A stretch of 63,483 nucleotides of DNA, filler included, from Dimargaris cristalligena (Eukaryota): NCBI GenBank assembly GCA_003614675.1. It is 3 parts of 3 records of this genome, joined end to end, with 100 filler letters (N's around TTAATTAATTAA, not from the genome) between each part and the next. Parts side by side here need not be neighbours in the genome. Positions count along the whole stretch, not along the records: positions 42,394 to 63,483 come from ML002674.1; 2 more parts are not named here. One strand, given 5' to 3'. Positions 50,661 to 63,483 of the stretch are shown in pieces. The notes beneath the pieces were generated by a model, which saw only the letters and a list, made by a program, of their open reading frames with translations, did not search any database and was not told where the DNA came from. How positions within the stretch are numbered: the first letter of the stretch is position 1; every line of letters begins with the position of its first letter. The position numbers and the translations under genes are program-made.

Positions 50661-51945
50661 AAACCCTGGCCCTGTGGAAATCGACCTACCCTGAATACGT
50701 AGTGTCGTCCGGCATGTCACTATCAATTGTCAGCAGTAGATATCAAATACCTCCAAAGATTAATACATCCATCCTATATCTAGATTTCATTTGTCCCATC
50801 GACATCAATTTCGACAGATTTCTATTGCAAATGTAGCGATTAATCCCTGCTGTTCATCTATTATAGGTTTTGCTTACAATCATTTGTATATCCCTTTTGT
50901 TGAACAATTGGTGCTCTCGTAGTCTTCGAGCTGGGATATAAAAGTTGTTGGAATTCTGGAAAGGAATCATAACAGGCATCTACCCATTGAGGATCACATT
51001 TCGAGAGCATCATTTCTAAAATAAAAAGGTTATTATTTATTTCGCCTACATTTTCAGAATGTTTTGGCCATTGGAATCCCTTGATTTCTAATCCGCCATC
51101 TATCTACAAGTATGAGTTCTGCCGTCTGTGAATCTAGCCTGTTTGTGTCCTTACGCAATTCTGCATGTGTTGGCTGGGAACCCTCGATTTCAACGCCTAG
51201 ATTGTCCAAAGAAGAAATCCGAGGCCATTTCGCGCACTCCTAAGCCTGATACGGCAAAGGTAAAGCAACATAGTACTTCAAATCTTTTGATGAAGTCACC
51301 TGCCCCCATTACCCTATCATCCACTCTAAAAGGGTTTAGTAGAGCGTTAAGTACTAATGAGGGCCAAAAGGGATAAGCGTAAAAACGGTTTATTGTGAAG
51401 CAAATATTTAAGGAGGGGCCCCCCCAGAACTAGGGGGAGACGGGAGCTCTTGGTCTTAATAATCACCAGGGGGTGGGGTAGATCCCCACCCATCCTACTG
51501 GTCATTATCTAAAGCTGACCCAAATCCTATAGTCACCACCCAGTTAATTAGTCGCACCTCAAACCCCCTGTTACTAGTTAAGTTGCCCTGATAAAAAATA
51601 CCCAACACTGATGTTTCTACAAAGTGCCCTTTGCCATCCTATTTAAAGTATCCTCCTCAATTACTTCACCTACACGCGGGGATTCAAGCATTGCCGAGGA
51701 TTTTAGTGCTCATCAGCCAATAGCACCCTAACCTTACCATACCTAGCAGTGAAGTATAAACACTTCAATAGTTACACTCATTTTCTTTTTGCATACGCAC
51801 TACACTACCCATATTACTGGGAGAAATTTATTACGGCTGTATCGGCCCAGCCGTAAATTGGTTTATTGGCCATATCTATCAGCAACCAAACAGCGGCCTT
51901 GGCCAACGTGGAACAGACAGAGGCCAAGCCTGAAATTGAAAATAA

Positions 51946-54044
51946 TTAGGGTTCGACATTCATATTTTCGTTGGTAAATTTAATAGTGAGTGACAGACTA
52001 ACGGGTAGTGACTTGTCCGTAACAACCAGCTCAGTTCCCGACGCCATGAGGTCACCCAACCGCTTGGTTAGATTGGGGTGGGTAACGGCCTCCAGCTGGG
52101 GCGGACTTTGCAAGTATAGGGATAAGCCAGTGGCGCCCGTCTTAGGCGCCGTGTTCGTCGCCATGCGCAGATTAGGGCTCTGTAGCCGCAGGTCGGGCAT
52201 CTCCCCCAGTTGTTCAATGAGTTCTGCTAGCTGTAGGGAAGCCGAAACGGTCAAGGTGCGTACTTCACCGCCACACACGGGACAGTCCGGGCGAGAAGCG
52301 TGGTTGTAGGTGTAAGTGTAGACCCCGTCGGTGCCCGTGTACATCATGTAATTGTCCAAATAGGGATGGCAGCCGGTGGTGAGTTTAAGGGCCTCGTTGA
52401 CACAGGCGGCCGCGATGATGGCATTGGTCGAGGCGATGGCTGGAATGATGTTCTTGACCACCCCTTGGGTAAGCATATAAGTCACCCCGGGGATCTGGAA
52501 GGTGCTGGCCCGGGCCAATGCCTGCTTATAGACCCACTGAAGGTGCACTGGATTATCGGTATCTAGCACTTCATCTAAAGGCATAGACGGCCCAGCGGGG
52601 ATTGAAATGAGGGGTTGAATAGGGGTATATGTAGGTGTGAGACTATGCGTATCCAATACTTCATGCGACTGGTAATAACTGGTGTTGTTTGTTTTAGGTA
52701 CTCTTAAATGCCAATAAATTTAACTATGGGCGATGGACAGGTGTGGGAGCTTCTCTGCTAGAAAGTACCTGGTTTTACTTCGGGCCATTTAATCATGGAG
52801 GCCCATTCTATGCAATGCTCGGGTAAACGCGGGGTGTTGGCTATGGTACAGATGGGATAGACCACTTGCTTTTTGAGTAGGCTAAGCGAACATTCGTAGC
52901 AGGAAGTGATTCGGGGGATAATAACACGGGCTTGACCATCGAAACCTAGTACAGTACAAACCGGAATGCAAGTCGGTTTACACAGGTGAATAGTATAAGG
53001 CATATACAACAAAATGGATAAATTTATAATCAGCGGGCTGGTGAAAGGTAGTGAAGCAGAGTTCGGGCACCTGCAGAGGTATACAACCTCCAAGAAGATA
53101 GGATTCCTTCCTACCTTCGGTACCACCGTCGACCAGGGGTATAATGGAATCGGGGTCATCGAAGTCGGCCATGTCGATTAAGAATGCGTTCATCCACCGC
53201 CGGGCTTCCACGGAGTCTAAACCACAAATGACGATTTGGAATTTTGAATAAAAATCCCAATCTTTGTCTTGGATTTTACAGTGGTATCTTCAGGGACCGA
53301 GTCATTCACCAATCCATCAACATTAGCAATTGAGTAAATGATAATAGGACATCACAGCACCATCTACATTGGCCGAATATATGGGTAAGGTGACAGAAGG
53401 ACTACACCCGATTAATCTTGCGGCTAAGCAAGCCGAAATTCTTCACGGTTCAAGCCAGTAGCTGCTACCCAGTGCTATATCATAAAATAATCCCAATGGC
53501 TCAATATTAAATGCGCGCTGTGACCAGCTGCCATCGGGGAATACCCCATCAGTAGCCACACCACGTACTCGCAGGTTTTGGGCACTTACGGAGTCACTTT
53601 AACATCATCGATTCGTTCGGTCACAAACGCCGCGGCGGTATAGGCCTTGGACTGGCCAACGTCTTTGGGTCGGAACAAGAACTGGCGGTTCAGGTTACTC
53701 ACGTCGATGGTATCCATATCAATAACTGAAATATCCCGAAATCCCGACAGGGCTAAGTCCTTGAGAATTTCGCACCCCAAGCCGCCTGCGCCCACCACTA
53801 ACACTCGACAGGTGTGCAGGAGCTGCCGGGCCGAGTCCGTTGTGGAGGTGGGATTACCTTCGGAGCCGACCTCATGGGAGGGCTCCGGACCGCTGGAGTT
53901 GGCCTGGGTATCAGTGGAGGGAGTGTCACCGTCCGCCTCGGCGCAAAAACCAAACGTCTCGGCGGGAAGTTTGGGGATAGTCACGGGCTGTATACAACGG
54001 TAGAGGGTTTCAAAGCGAGGGTAGCGGTGTTCAAATTCGGCCAT
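51946..54044 (-). CDS. UBA3: NEDD8-activating enzyme E1 catalytic subunit; exons 54044-53590, 53287-53115, 52945-52769, 52574-51946
   Basis: [58 protein letters not shown], catalytic [17 protein letters not shown] and [16 protein letters not shown]. Introns are frame-consistent GT-AG. Confidence 0.94.
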
Positions 54045-54521
54045 AGTGGGCAAGGCGAGTATTACGACAGCAAACTGGGCAGTGGGAGGTTGGGCAGTAC
54101 AAAGGAAAATGCAATGGGAATAGGTTACGAATAGCCAAGCAGCGGACTCTTAGTTACGCGGGAAAAAAGGGAAAGGGGCATTGTCTAAGTTTATTAAACG
54201 GTGGGCAACTCAGCCCAATAGGCCCCCTTCACCTTTTTCACTCGCACCCATTAGTACCCGATTCCATTGAACACCCTTACATGGGAATCCCCCCCCCCCT
54301 TTTCAGCCTTATCGCTTACCAAGTGGCCTAATTCGTCGTTAACTTTGTACATAGCTATTCGATTTTACGTTTCAAAGCCTAGACCTACCTCACCCATTAG
54401 CCGCCACGACAGCCTGATCCTTGCAACAGTCCACTCCGCAGTTCTAGTCTCTTAAACCTTATTTTGTTCTAAAACTCCCCATTTCCTAGCCCTTCCAGCC
54501 TTCACCCCCTCCCCGCCAACG
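54045..54521. promoter_or_regulatory. Probable bidirectional promoter between UBA3 and UXT
   Basis: Head-to-head starts ~480 bp apart. Confidence 0.55.
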
Positions 54522-54953
54522 ATGGAGGAACTCAATGCACAAATCCACAAATACGAAGAGTTCGTCAGTCATAAACTACAACCCGACCTAGCGACGGCCC
54601 TAACCGAACGGGACGCCGTATACAACCAAATCTCGGAATACCTCAAATTACGCAACACCATTGAGGTCTTCGACCAGAAAAAACTAACCTCTCTGAAAAC
54701 CCAAATCGACTTGGGGTGTAATTTTTACGTACAGGCCCGGGTCCCCGACACGACTTATATTTTCGTCAGTGTAGGCCATGGGTTTCACCTCCAAATGACC
54801 CACCCGGAGGCCCTCGGCTATATTACCAGGCGGGAAGCCCAACTGCAGCGCAAGGCGGACCAACTCACTGAAACGGCCAACCGGATAAAAGCCCAGATCA
54901 AGACCGTCTACCTGGCCATTGCGGAGATTATGCAGCTACAAAGCACGGGGTAA
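54522..54953 (+). CDS. UXT: Alpha-type prefoldin-like protein UXT
   Basis: KYEEFV..KLQPDL coiled coil, IDLGCNFYVQARVPDT..IFVSVGHGFHLQMT..EAL beta-hairpins, and a C-terminal coiled coil. Confidence 0.85.
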   Translation: MEELNAQIHKYEEFVSHKLQPDLATALTERDAVYNQISEYLKLRNTIEVFDQKKLTSLKTQIDLGCNFYVQARVPDTTYIFVSVGHGFHLQMTHPEALGYITRREAQLQRKADQLTETANRIKAQIKTVYLAIAEIMQLQSTG

Positions 54954-56233
54954 CTTCTCTGGAGGCGTAGGTGGTGGGGGAGCTGGCCTGTCTAGGCTGG
55001 TGGGACGGGCCTCTATTTATGATCGTGGGTTGTGGTCTTTACTAAGTCCGGTTTAGATTGTTGGCGCGGCCTCGAGGGGATGCTCTTTTAGTCGTCTTCG
55101 CTATCCACCAGCGAGGGCGTCGGTGTCAAATATGATAATTTATTTGCTGTGCGTTCGCACCAACCCACGTTTTAAATAGTCTAGTTACTGGCCCTCCAAA
55201 TACCTTCATTACTAAATCTAAATATACATTTTTTGTCCGAACATGCCCTCTACTAGTATATTATGGTTGGCATTTATTCCTTATCTAATAATGCACCCGA
55301 CTACTAATGATTACATATAACTGTGAGGGTATATACGGGAACGGGGTCTCATTTGTGACTAAATCTCCCATGTAAAATTAGGGACGGTTACAGATAGAGA
55401 AAATTACATGTTCCATTTGACCATGCCATGAACAGCTCATATAGGAGACGTGTTTGGGGCTGTTCAAATGATTGACTGGCGTAAACAGGGCACTATATTT
55501 AAGAATGGGGTTCGACCACTTGAACAAATGGATTATGGAAGGGGGGGCCAGTAAAATAATAAGCACATAATTATGAAGACTTGGTAACTATTGAGTCTCT
55601 TAACATAACCAACGGTTGCTCAAATAGGCAGGGATACTGACGATGACCAATCAGTGAGATGCCAATAAAACTAATGTCTATCCGCCCACCATGACCCTAA
55701 GGCCAGTCCGGGCATGTGTTAGAAATGCATTTCAAAATATCTTAAAGGAAATGACCCATGAGGATACTAATGAAACAACCACTAACCAGCGGAGAGAAAC
55801 CCTAATTCTAAGCAAATCATTAAAAATATTCTTATATTTACTTTCATAGACCAGAGAAGGAGGACTGTGTGCAGGGATTGGTGTGAACCACATAAATCGA
55901 AGGGAAAATCAACATAGCTAAACGAAGGGTGTGGAAAAGGAAAGGGAGAGGGGAGATATATGTATTTATATAGGAGGGAAGGGGACAATAGGGACAACAG
56001 GACTCGCGTGAACTTCACTTTGGTTGGCCAAGCCAGGTCGGCCGACAGAATATAAGAAAAGGATATCTATGTCTGGAAAAAATATGAGTTTAATCTTGAA
56101 ACTGCTCTAAACAAAATGGAAAACTCCGACCAACCCTTGTTCTATCCACCCAATCCATCTTCAAAGAACGAAGTAATCCACGCGGGCTTATATCCAAATA
56201 CCCCCACAAGAGGTCAGTCACCCATCCAATTTC

Positions 56234-57918
56234 TTAAAGGTGCTTGATGATTTCGTTGGTGAAGGCAGTGTTAGTCGAGCGACCGCCCAGATCACCGGTA
56301 AGCACCTCACCGTTGGAGATGGTCTTCAGGACAGCAGCCTCGATACTATCGGCCTTCTCGTAAAGACGCATGTGACGCAGCATCATAACAGCGGACAGCA
56401 GCAGGGCAGTGGGATTAGCCTTATCCTGACCGGCGATATCGGGAGCGGTACCGTGGACGGACTCGAAGATGGAAGCGTCCCGACCAATGTTACCGGAGGG
56501 CGTGAGACCCAGACCACCAATCAGACCGGCGCACATGTCACTCAGAATATCACCATACAGGTTGGGCATCACCATGACGGTGTTGCTGAAGTTGGTCGGG
56601 TCCTGGGTGACATGGAGACAGGCCCGGTCGAGAAGGATGTCGTCGAACTTGACGTCGGGGAATTCGGCGGCCAGATCCTGGCAGGCGCTCAGGAAGAGAC
56701 CGTCGGAAAGCTTCATGATGTTGGCCTTGTGCACGGCCGTGACGTGGTTGCGGCCGGTGGTCCGGGCGAATTCAAAAGCGAAACGGGCGCACCGCTCGGA
56801 AGCCTGGCGGGTGATGAGCTTGATGCTCTGAACCACCCCATCGACAACCTCGTGCTCAATACCACTGTACTCCCCCTCGGTATTCTCACGGATCAACACG
56901 GTGTCGACGTTTTCGTAGGGGGTCTTGTAGCCCACAATGCTCTTGCAGGGACGCACGTTGGCGTACAGGTTGAAGGTCCGGCGCAGGGTCAAGTTGAGCG
57001 AGACGTGACCCTTACCAATAGGAGTGGCCAAGGGACCCTTGAGGGCAATGGTGTTCTTCTGGATGGAGTGCAGGGCATCGTCGGGGATGACGGTGCGGCC
57101 GTTGCGGATCACGGGGGTGACATCGACTGACTCCCACTCGATGGGGACCTAATAGCAAGGAAGAGGTGTATCGTGCGAGTGGTGGTGGTAATTGGGTTGG
57201 GTTAGAACCGATGGGCTTAAATAACCGAGGGTTTAACCCATGATGCCGGGATAAGAGTAATAAAAGGGGAATATTTCATCACGATTCTAGTGACCAAAAA
57301 TGCTACTGATGTTTGAACTAACCTTAGCCGCGGCAAAGACACGCTCGACCGACTTGGAGATCTCGGGACCGATACCGTCACCGGGAATCATGGTGACTTC
57401 GTAGTTACCCTGTAATTGGGACGCATTGGTATTAAAGCAAATATGAATTATTCAATACAAAGATGTGAGTAAGGCAGCCTAATAATATATATATATGGCA
57501 CGAGAGTGTGGTATGCCACTAGAATCGAGCCGGGGGTGAATGGGTTCCAGTACTGGCGAGTAGTATTTGTAGGCATATGGTATAATTAAGCTAGTGAATG
57601 TATATATATATATATCTAGTACTTACATTGCTGTTCTTCTGGCCGGCGTAGGTACCGATGGCCGAAGAAGTGGCAGTGGCCATGGTGCGGGCCAGCTAGA
57701 AAGGTGTTCAAGAAAACGAGGCATACCAATGGATAAAAGAGCAAGCAGGAGGGCATTAGGAAACTATTGGCGGCACACATGACTCGGGAATTACTCGATT
57801 GGGTGGTAAGTGGAATGTGCCCCGGTAAAGCAGGCTCGGGGATTGAGGGTATTGGCGACCAACTTACGTTCTTCTGGGCAAGCATGCCGAACAGGGAGGA
57901 GGAGCGAGTGATAAACAT
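56234..57918 (-). CDS. IDH2: Mitochondrial NAD-dependent isocitrate dehydrogenase catalytic subunit (IDH3A orthologue); exons 57918(or 57885)-57868, 57695-57627, 57409-57323, 57148-56234
   Basis: [59 protein letters not shown] and [13 protein letters not shown]. Short N-terminal exons resemble a targeting peptide. Confidence 0.93.
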
Positions 57919-59247
57919 GTTTAAATCTAGGGAATATGAAGTGTGCGTGGCATGTCAGCAGTGGTGGGGATAAATTAGAAGAGGGGCGTGTGTGATTCAC
58001 ACAGTAGGCTAGTCTAGTAGCAGAATGGGGGCAGAGTAAGCAACCAAAGTGAAGGGCCTGAAAAGTTAAGAACCCACTGAACTCGATCCGAGACAGTTCC
58101 AGCACCGGGCGGGTTGCTCTATATGGAAGGAGGGTTACCTGAAACAACAAGGGCGGCTAATTGCGAACAACGAAAGGCTTACAGTAGCGGCTAAGCAAGG
58201 AACAAAGTGAGGTTGAGGGAATTAAATAGACAAAGGAATCAATCAATAAGAGCACGAAGAGGTGTAAGTAATGCGGCAACTAAAGAAAGGGGGGTTTGGG
58301 TAAATAAGGTGGGAGAAGTATTATAGCAGGAGGGCTTCGTTGGGAGATAGGCCGCGTTGGTTGGGTTGTGCAGACTGACGTACTGAGGGGAGGAGAGGGC
58401 AGCCACTTATTACTCTATTGGGGACGAGAATACTAGCGGTTGTAATCTATGGTGTCCCACACTCTCATAACAGCCAAAACTGTCTGTATAGTATATTCAT
58501 CACCCGATATATGACGATGCACACGTACCCTTCTTTTATTATCTCTGCCACCTTATTTAACTAGGCTGAATGAGTGCGAAGCTGAGACAGTGTGTGGAGT
58601 TCCTTACCTTCTCCACTAGCCACTGCCAAACCAGTGCCGTGGCATCTCCTATTGGGTGCATCATATAGCAAAGAGGTGGAAGGCCATCCAACCAGTCGAC
58701 GATCTTGGTGATAGATAACCGGGGCTAACAGATAATATATACGGGGATGCGCGTCATAATCAGTAGTAGACCTCTTCTCCCTCAAATACATTGGTGCCTC
58801 CATGACAACTATAATTCACGGGTGATATAAAATACACCACCACCCGCACTCACTTTTCCGTACGACAGACTCCTGGCAACTCCTCGGCATCCGGACTTTA
58901 TTCATATTCCAACAAATAATTATACCCCGGACAGAAGGTTGGTATATTAGGCAGAAATAGGGGGTTTGGGATGTAGGAAATACAGCGTTCGAATGAGAAT
59001 AGAAACAAGCCACACGCCTAATGTGCCATAAGTATTGTTATAAAAATGGCAATTAAAAATACACTAAAAATAAATAAGACATAGGTGGCTGATATAATGA
59101 AATACGAAATGAAGAGCAACAGTATGGTACTCAGTGAAGGCATTAAATCGTTAATGAATGTGGTATAGAAAGATACAGTCGAAAAAGAATGCTGGCTCGG
59201 TGATAGATTGAGCCTCACCGCAGGCGGAATAGTGACAGTCCAAGATG

Positions 59248-59293
59248 ACTACTACTACTACTACTACTACTGCTACCACTACTACTACTACTA
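59248..59293. repeat. (ACT)n trinucleotide microsatellite abutting a stop codon
   Basis: Direct reading. Confidence 0.9.
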
Positions 59294-59990
59294 AACCCGG
59301 CGGCTTCTTACTTCGTCCACCCGGCCGTCGAGATAATAGTCGACCCCATGGAAATCGCCCCGCTTGGTAAATTTATTATCCAGTGCTGTCGACCTATCGT
59401 AGGCATCGGTAGGGCTCTGACCAACGAGTGTGGCCGTGCTGTCCCGGCGGGGTAGGACGCCCCCCTCCCTCCTTGATTCCAGGCCATAGTAATAATCGGT
59501 ATCCCGACCATCACCATCAATCATTGACCGTGGTTCGGGACAGTGGTAATGCAGTAAGCGCATGGAATCCAAAGGTACTATCCCGACTCGTCCACCGAAT
59601 AGGGCCGCTTTAAGTTGGTCTACTAGGGCGTCGGCCGCCTCCTCTTCGCTCAAGGCAGTCGATCGGTTGGGAGAGGAAGAAGTGGTCCACAAATCGACTA
59701 GCCGGTTGTACCAGTTGGTGGGGGGCTACGAAACCAATGAAACAGGTGGCCGTTAGTTGGTCGAGTAAATAAATGGGTTGGCCTGGACTGAGGCGAAGGT
59801 GCGGGAGAAATGAAACGGGGCGGCTCTTGACGCGGGCGGTAGCGATCGCTTGGCCCCGGATGCGCGGGTTACGCGCATAATGGACGATAAGGTCGTAGAG
59901 GGAAGTAAACACGGGGAGGCTTCGATAGTCCAGTGTGGAATCTTCCCCACTGTAGTCTGATGTGCGGCTCAGGGTATTCGGGAAAATCAT
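59291..59990 (-). CDS. SH3-like domain protein, one ORF interrupted by a single frameshift in a C6 run (plus-strand G 59720-59725)
   Basis: Frame A gives ATARVKSRP...HLRLSPGQPIYLLDQLT..CFIGFV and frame B gives ...GGRVGIVPLDSMRLL. Removing one C joins them as FVAPTNWYNRL. Confidence 0.6.
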
Positions 59991-61077
59991 GCTTGCGGCA
60001 GTTTAAAAAGTGACTGCTAATATATATATATATAATGTCGCCCTAGCAAAGGGAGCAGCTGATGAGGAAGATATGGGGTGGTAATGTTGCAACTAAAACT
60101 ATGGGAAGGGATTTAAGCGAGGTAGGGGGGTATAGCTATATTTAAGTAGGAATATTTCTCATGTAGAAGGCACGGGTACCCAGAAACTAGCACGGAGCAG
60201 TACAGCGGCGATAGATTCCGTTTGTAGAAAACAACAAAAGGACAACGAAGTCGGAAAATAAAGAAAATGGACTACCATATAATGCCGTCAAAATGGAAAT
60301 AATAGAAGACTCTATTTTCTACCATCTTTATATTCCCCACACGACATAAAGAGCACCATCGCCCAAAGTCCCCAAGATCCTTCCTTTTCCTCTTACTCCT
60401 CCTCCCCCTCCTTCCCTCCCCTCCCGGTGGGGATTTGGTGCTATTGGAGTGTCTCCCTTGTGTAGCCCTGACTAGAGTAATGATAATAAAATAAAAAGGG
60501 CAGCGGCGCGTAAGGACGGACACAGGGAGGCAAGGGGTGAAAAAAAATAGTAATTGAAGGAGAAGAGGAGAGGAGAGGGCACAGAGCGAACACCAACCCC
60601 GAGACGGGGAGAGAGTGTGTGTGAGGGAAGGGAAAGGGATGGACGACGCAGACCCTGGCGGGTGTTCGTATAACGTAGGTCAAAGCCGCCGGCATGGGCA
60701 CTAGTTGGAGTCCCAATGACCGGAGTGATTCGACCAAGACGAAGCAATGTACTACAATGGGCAGAGGCATGTTAGGAAAAAGTCGCATAATTCAACTAGG
60801 AAAACCAGTCTGGGAAGGCGGGCCATGTCAACAACCATCTAGTTAAAGGTTTTAACTACCTACGTACCCTGATGACCATATTTGGGCAAGCCGTATGGGT
60901 CGCTGAGGAACCGACATTACATCCGATAATTCGAACCTGTTGATAGTCTATGCAGCCCGCAGAACCAGTGATTCCGTCCCACACGGCCATCCTCCCGCGG
61001 TTGCCATCCGCATCTTTGGGTTTTATACATTATCTAACCAACAGAGAAAGGGAGAGGGGGGAAAGGAGGGGTTGCAG

Positions 61078-61100
61078 TAATAATAATAATAATAATAATA
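61078..61100. repeat. (AAT)n microsatellite
   Basis: Direct reading. Confidence 0.85.
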
Positions 61101-63454
61101 TGGATACTCCCCTTTCTTCGCTGGCCGAACGGTAACATACCTTATTGTAGGGCACATGTGAGCCAAGTACGCCGTGGAGCTATGTGGTTGTTGCCACTGT
61201 GTTTCGGGAAAATATACACACACCCAAACCTGTATCTATCGGTCTACCCCTTTATTCAATGAGAGGAGAGGTACAACCGGTGTAACCAACCTGGTGGACG
61301 ACACCCACGCCCAATAAACACCCGAAAAAAATGCAAGGGAAAGTCGAGGTTACAATGGCCGCTCTAGTTCTGGTAGATGCGACTGCATTTGTTGTTGTTG
61401 CTGTTGTTCACTCTCGCATAACACCCTTTTCTCTCTCCCTCTCTCTCTCTCTGATAGCTGGCCTTCCTAGCCGCTCCTCGTCTTTGCTATTATAATCCAT
61501 AACTATTATCCAAGCAAATAAGCCACATAGGAATGGCAGTTCATGCCTCAGCTTTGGATATAATTGTTCGGGGACGGATATTAAACATTATGTAAAGGGA
61601 TTGCTTGACCTTAACAGGGCGGTTTAGACTGGACACTATACCAAGTGTACGGCCGGGATGGTTTAAACAGCGGTATACCTCCTATTTCGCCACTAGTACT
61701 TATATCCCCGGATTAGAGTGATAGGCCAGGCCAATAAGCACCCCAGTACCGAGGCCGGGGCTGCAACGTCGCCGAAACGCCGTAGATTGATACTCCGCAT
61801 TGAAGATAATTGAAAGGAGGTTGGTTAAAGGTTCCAGTCCAGACCTTCGATCAGCCCACCCGTCCTTACCACTGATTATGGTTGAGTGGGGGTTTTTTTT
61901 GGTTCCCACCGGTAAAGGTACGTCGGTAATGAATTAAATGAACTGATAGCATAACACACACACCCTCCCCCATTGTGGACATACCAGCAGACATATATGA
62001 ACAACGTCCTGAGTGAAACCCCCAGCCGAGCCATAGACCGTGGCATGTATGTGCTGATATCATACTCAGATGGCTTTTATGCCTTTGGAATGTGTTACGA
62101 CACTACAAGTGCAATTACGTGAGAATAATCACCACCACATCCTGGTCAGCGAAGCAGACATGAAATGGCCCAATTCACTAAGGCTAATTCGATGGCCAAT
62201 CTTCGCATAATATAGAGGGGACTTGGAGATGAATTGCGGATTACTACCCCTCCATATACCCCTTAGCATCATCTCGTAGTATACCATATACAGCCCAACT
62301 CCTGGACAGATGATAATGAAAAAAAAAACTAGGACCACTACACACATCCTCCTCTAGAATACTTCCCCAGACGGTAGATAGATAGACCCTGACTATGCCC
62401 ATACCAATTACCGATTCAATAACTAGCTGGACAATGCTCAGGGACTCACAACCATTGATTACGAGACTCCTGAAGTAATGACTATTTCTTGATGGTATAC
62501 CAATGTGAACAGTCCGAATGGGAAACCAGGGGTGGGCGGTTGTACTATAGATTTAGAAGTAAAAAGATAAAAATAGGGGGGAGAGGGCGGGGAAATAGCG
62601 GAGTAGTAAGCAAACCAATAGACCTCCTTAACCGCGTTGACCCCTGAAGGCTTATCATATGAGAGAGGGGGGAAGCAGTAATCAGCATCTTAGCAGCGAT
62701 TTATCCTCAGCCATATGAACTAATAACGAAAGGCCCAACAACAGCTAAAGACCTTATTGAATGTATAATGAGAGGGCCACTCCTTTCCAACTCGCCATCT
62801 CTCGCGCATCCCAAATAAGGGGACCCTGCGCATTATCGCCAAATGATTACTACAGTATTAACTACTAGCCCAACTAGGTGAATGGGGGAGTATGGTTGTG
62901 TGTTGCAGTTGCAGTCGACTATTAGCAATGCTGATCCAGGAGCGATCACACAGACAAGGTAAAGGGCGGTGGGGTAGGTGAAAGCAAGAGCGAGATAACC
63001 GGCTTTTGGAGTAGCCGAATTGGCCTGAGGCATACGGTGTCTAGCGAAGGACCGGTCTCACCAAACACCTCCAACAAAAACAAACCCCCCCACGTTGGCA
63101 ATATGGTGAAGATACTCTCCCCTTCGGAACAATGGCAGCAAACCGCAATAGTATAAAACGATAGAGCAATCCACTTCAAAAAAACTTCAGATCATCATCT
63201 AACCATCTCATTGTTACCATTGCATTTGCAAATACACGCCGCTTGGCCTAGCGCCCTTCATCCATATCTGCCTACGACCCCACTCTTTCTACCATTACCC
63301 ACCAACAATCCTACATTCTGCTACCCCGTACTCTTCCTTATTACCAATATTACATTCATTAATTTTCCTCATCTCCCAATTACCTAATCCTTTCAAGCTA
63401 ATCAATCCCCCTCTCCTCCCATCAACATTTTTCCATTTCATTCGAAAAAAAAAT

Positions 63455-63483
63455 ATGAAGGTCCACGCTGCTCTCTTCCTCGC
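63455..63483 (+). CDS. 5' start of a probable secreted protein (MKVHAALFL...), truncated by the window end
   Basis: ATG after an A-rich context and a pyrimidine-rich leader, with an MK+hydrophobic signal-like start. Confidence 0.45.

Noticed and set aside
56240-57130. 296-aa plus-strand ORF
   Set aside because: Antisense shadow of IDH2.
60272-63179. Numerous short ORFs upstream of the last gene
   Set aside because: Low-complexity intergenic sequence without coding bias or motifs.

Overview
Eukaryotic, intron-containing DNA that is almost certainly fungal: GC3-rich exons, short GT-AG introns with CTAAC-like branch points, and long AT-richer intergenic tracts. The gene style suggests an early-diverging lineage such as Zoopagomycota or Mucoromycota, but that is inference only. 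The window is three contigs joined by artificial 100-nt N/TTAATTAATTAA/N spacers. Recognisable genes: secreted histidine acid phosphatase, Bem46/ABHD13 hydrolase, PRP3, a TM RING-H2 E3 ligase, a Kelch-repeat type I membrane protein, Cdc25/Mih1 phosphatase, NAD-glutamate dehydrogenase GDH2, glucosidase II alpha (GH31), queuine tRNA-ribosyltransferase QTRT1, UBA3, UXT, NAD-IDH subunit IDH2 and an SH3-like protein. Main oddities: (1) a gene-poor, MITE-containing interval (~43.6-51.9 kb) encodes two proteins that join an N-terminal signal peptide to classical C2H2/C2HC zinc fingers, which are candidate secreted DNA-binding effectors; one has an in-frame TGA inside its signal peptide. (2) The glucosidase II gene is split into two halves on opposite strands by an inversion bounded by an exact 50-bp inverted repeat; this is probably an amplification or assembly chimera, though formally an invertible switch. 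(3) Cdc25 lacks the conserved EYxGGHIxG segment. (4) QTRT1 has an intact 3' half but a decayed 5' half. (5) There is a three-copy 144-bp TA-flanked MITE family. (6) The first ~1.9 kb is almost free of CpG.
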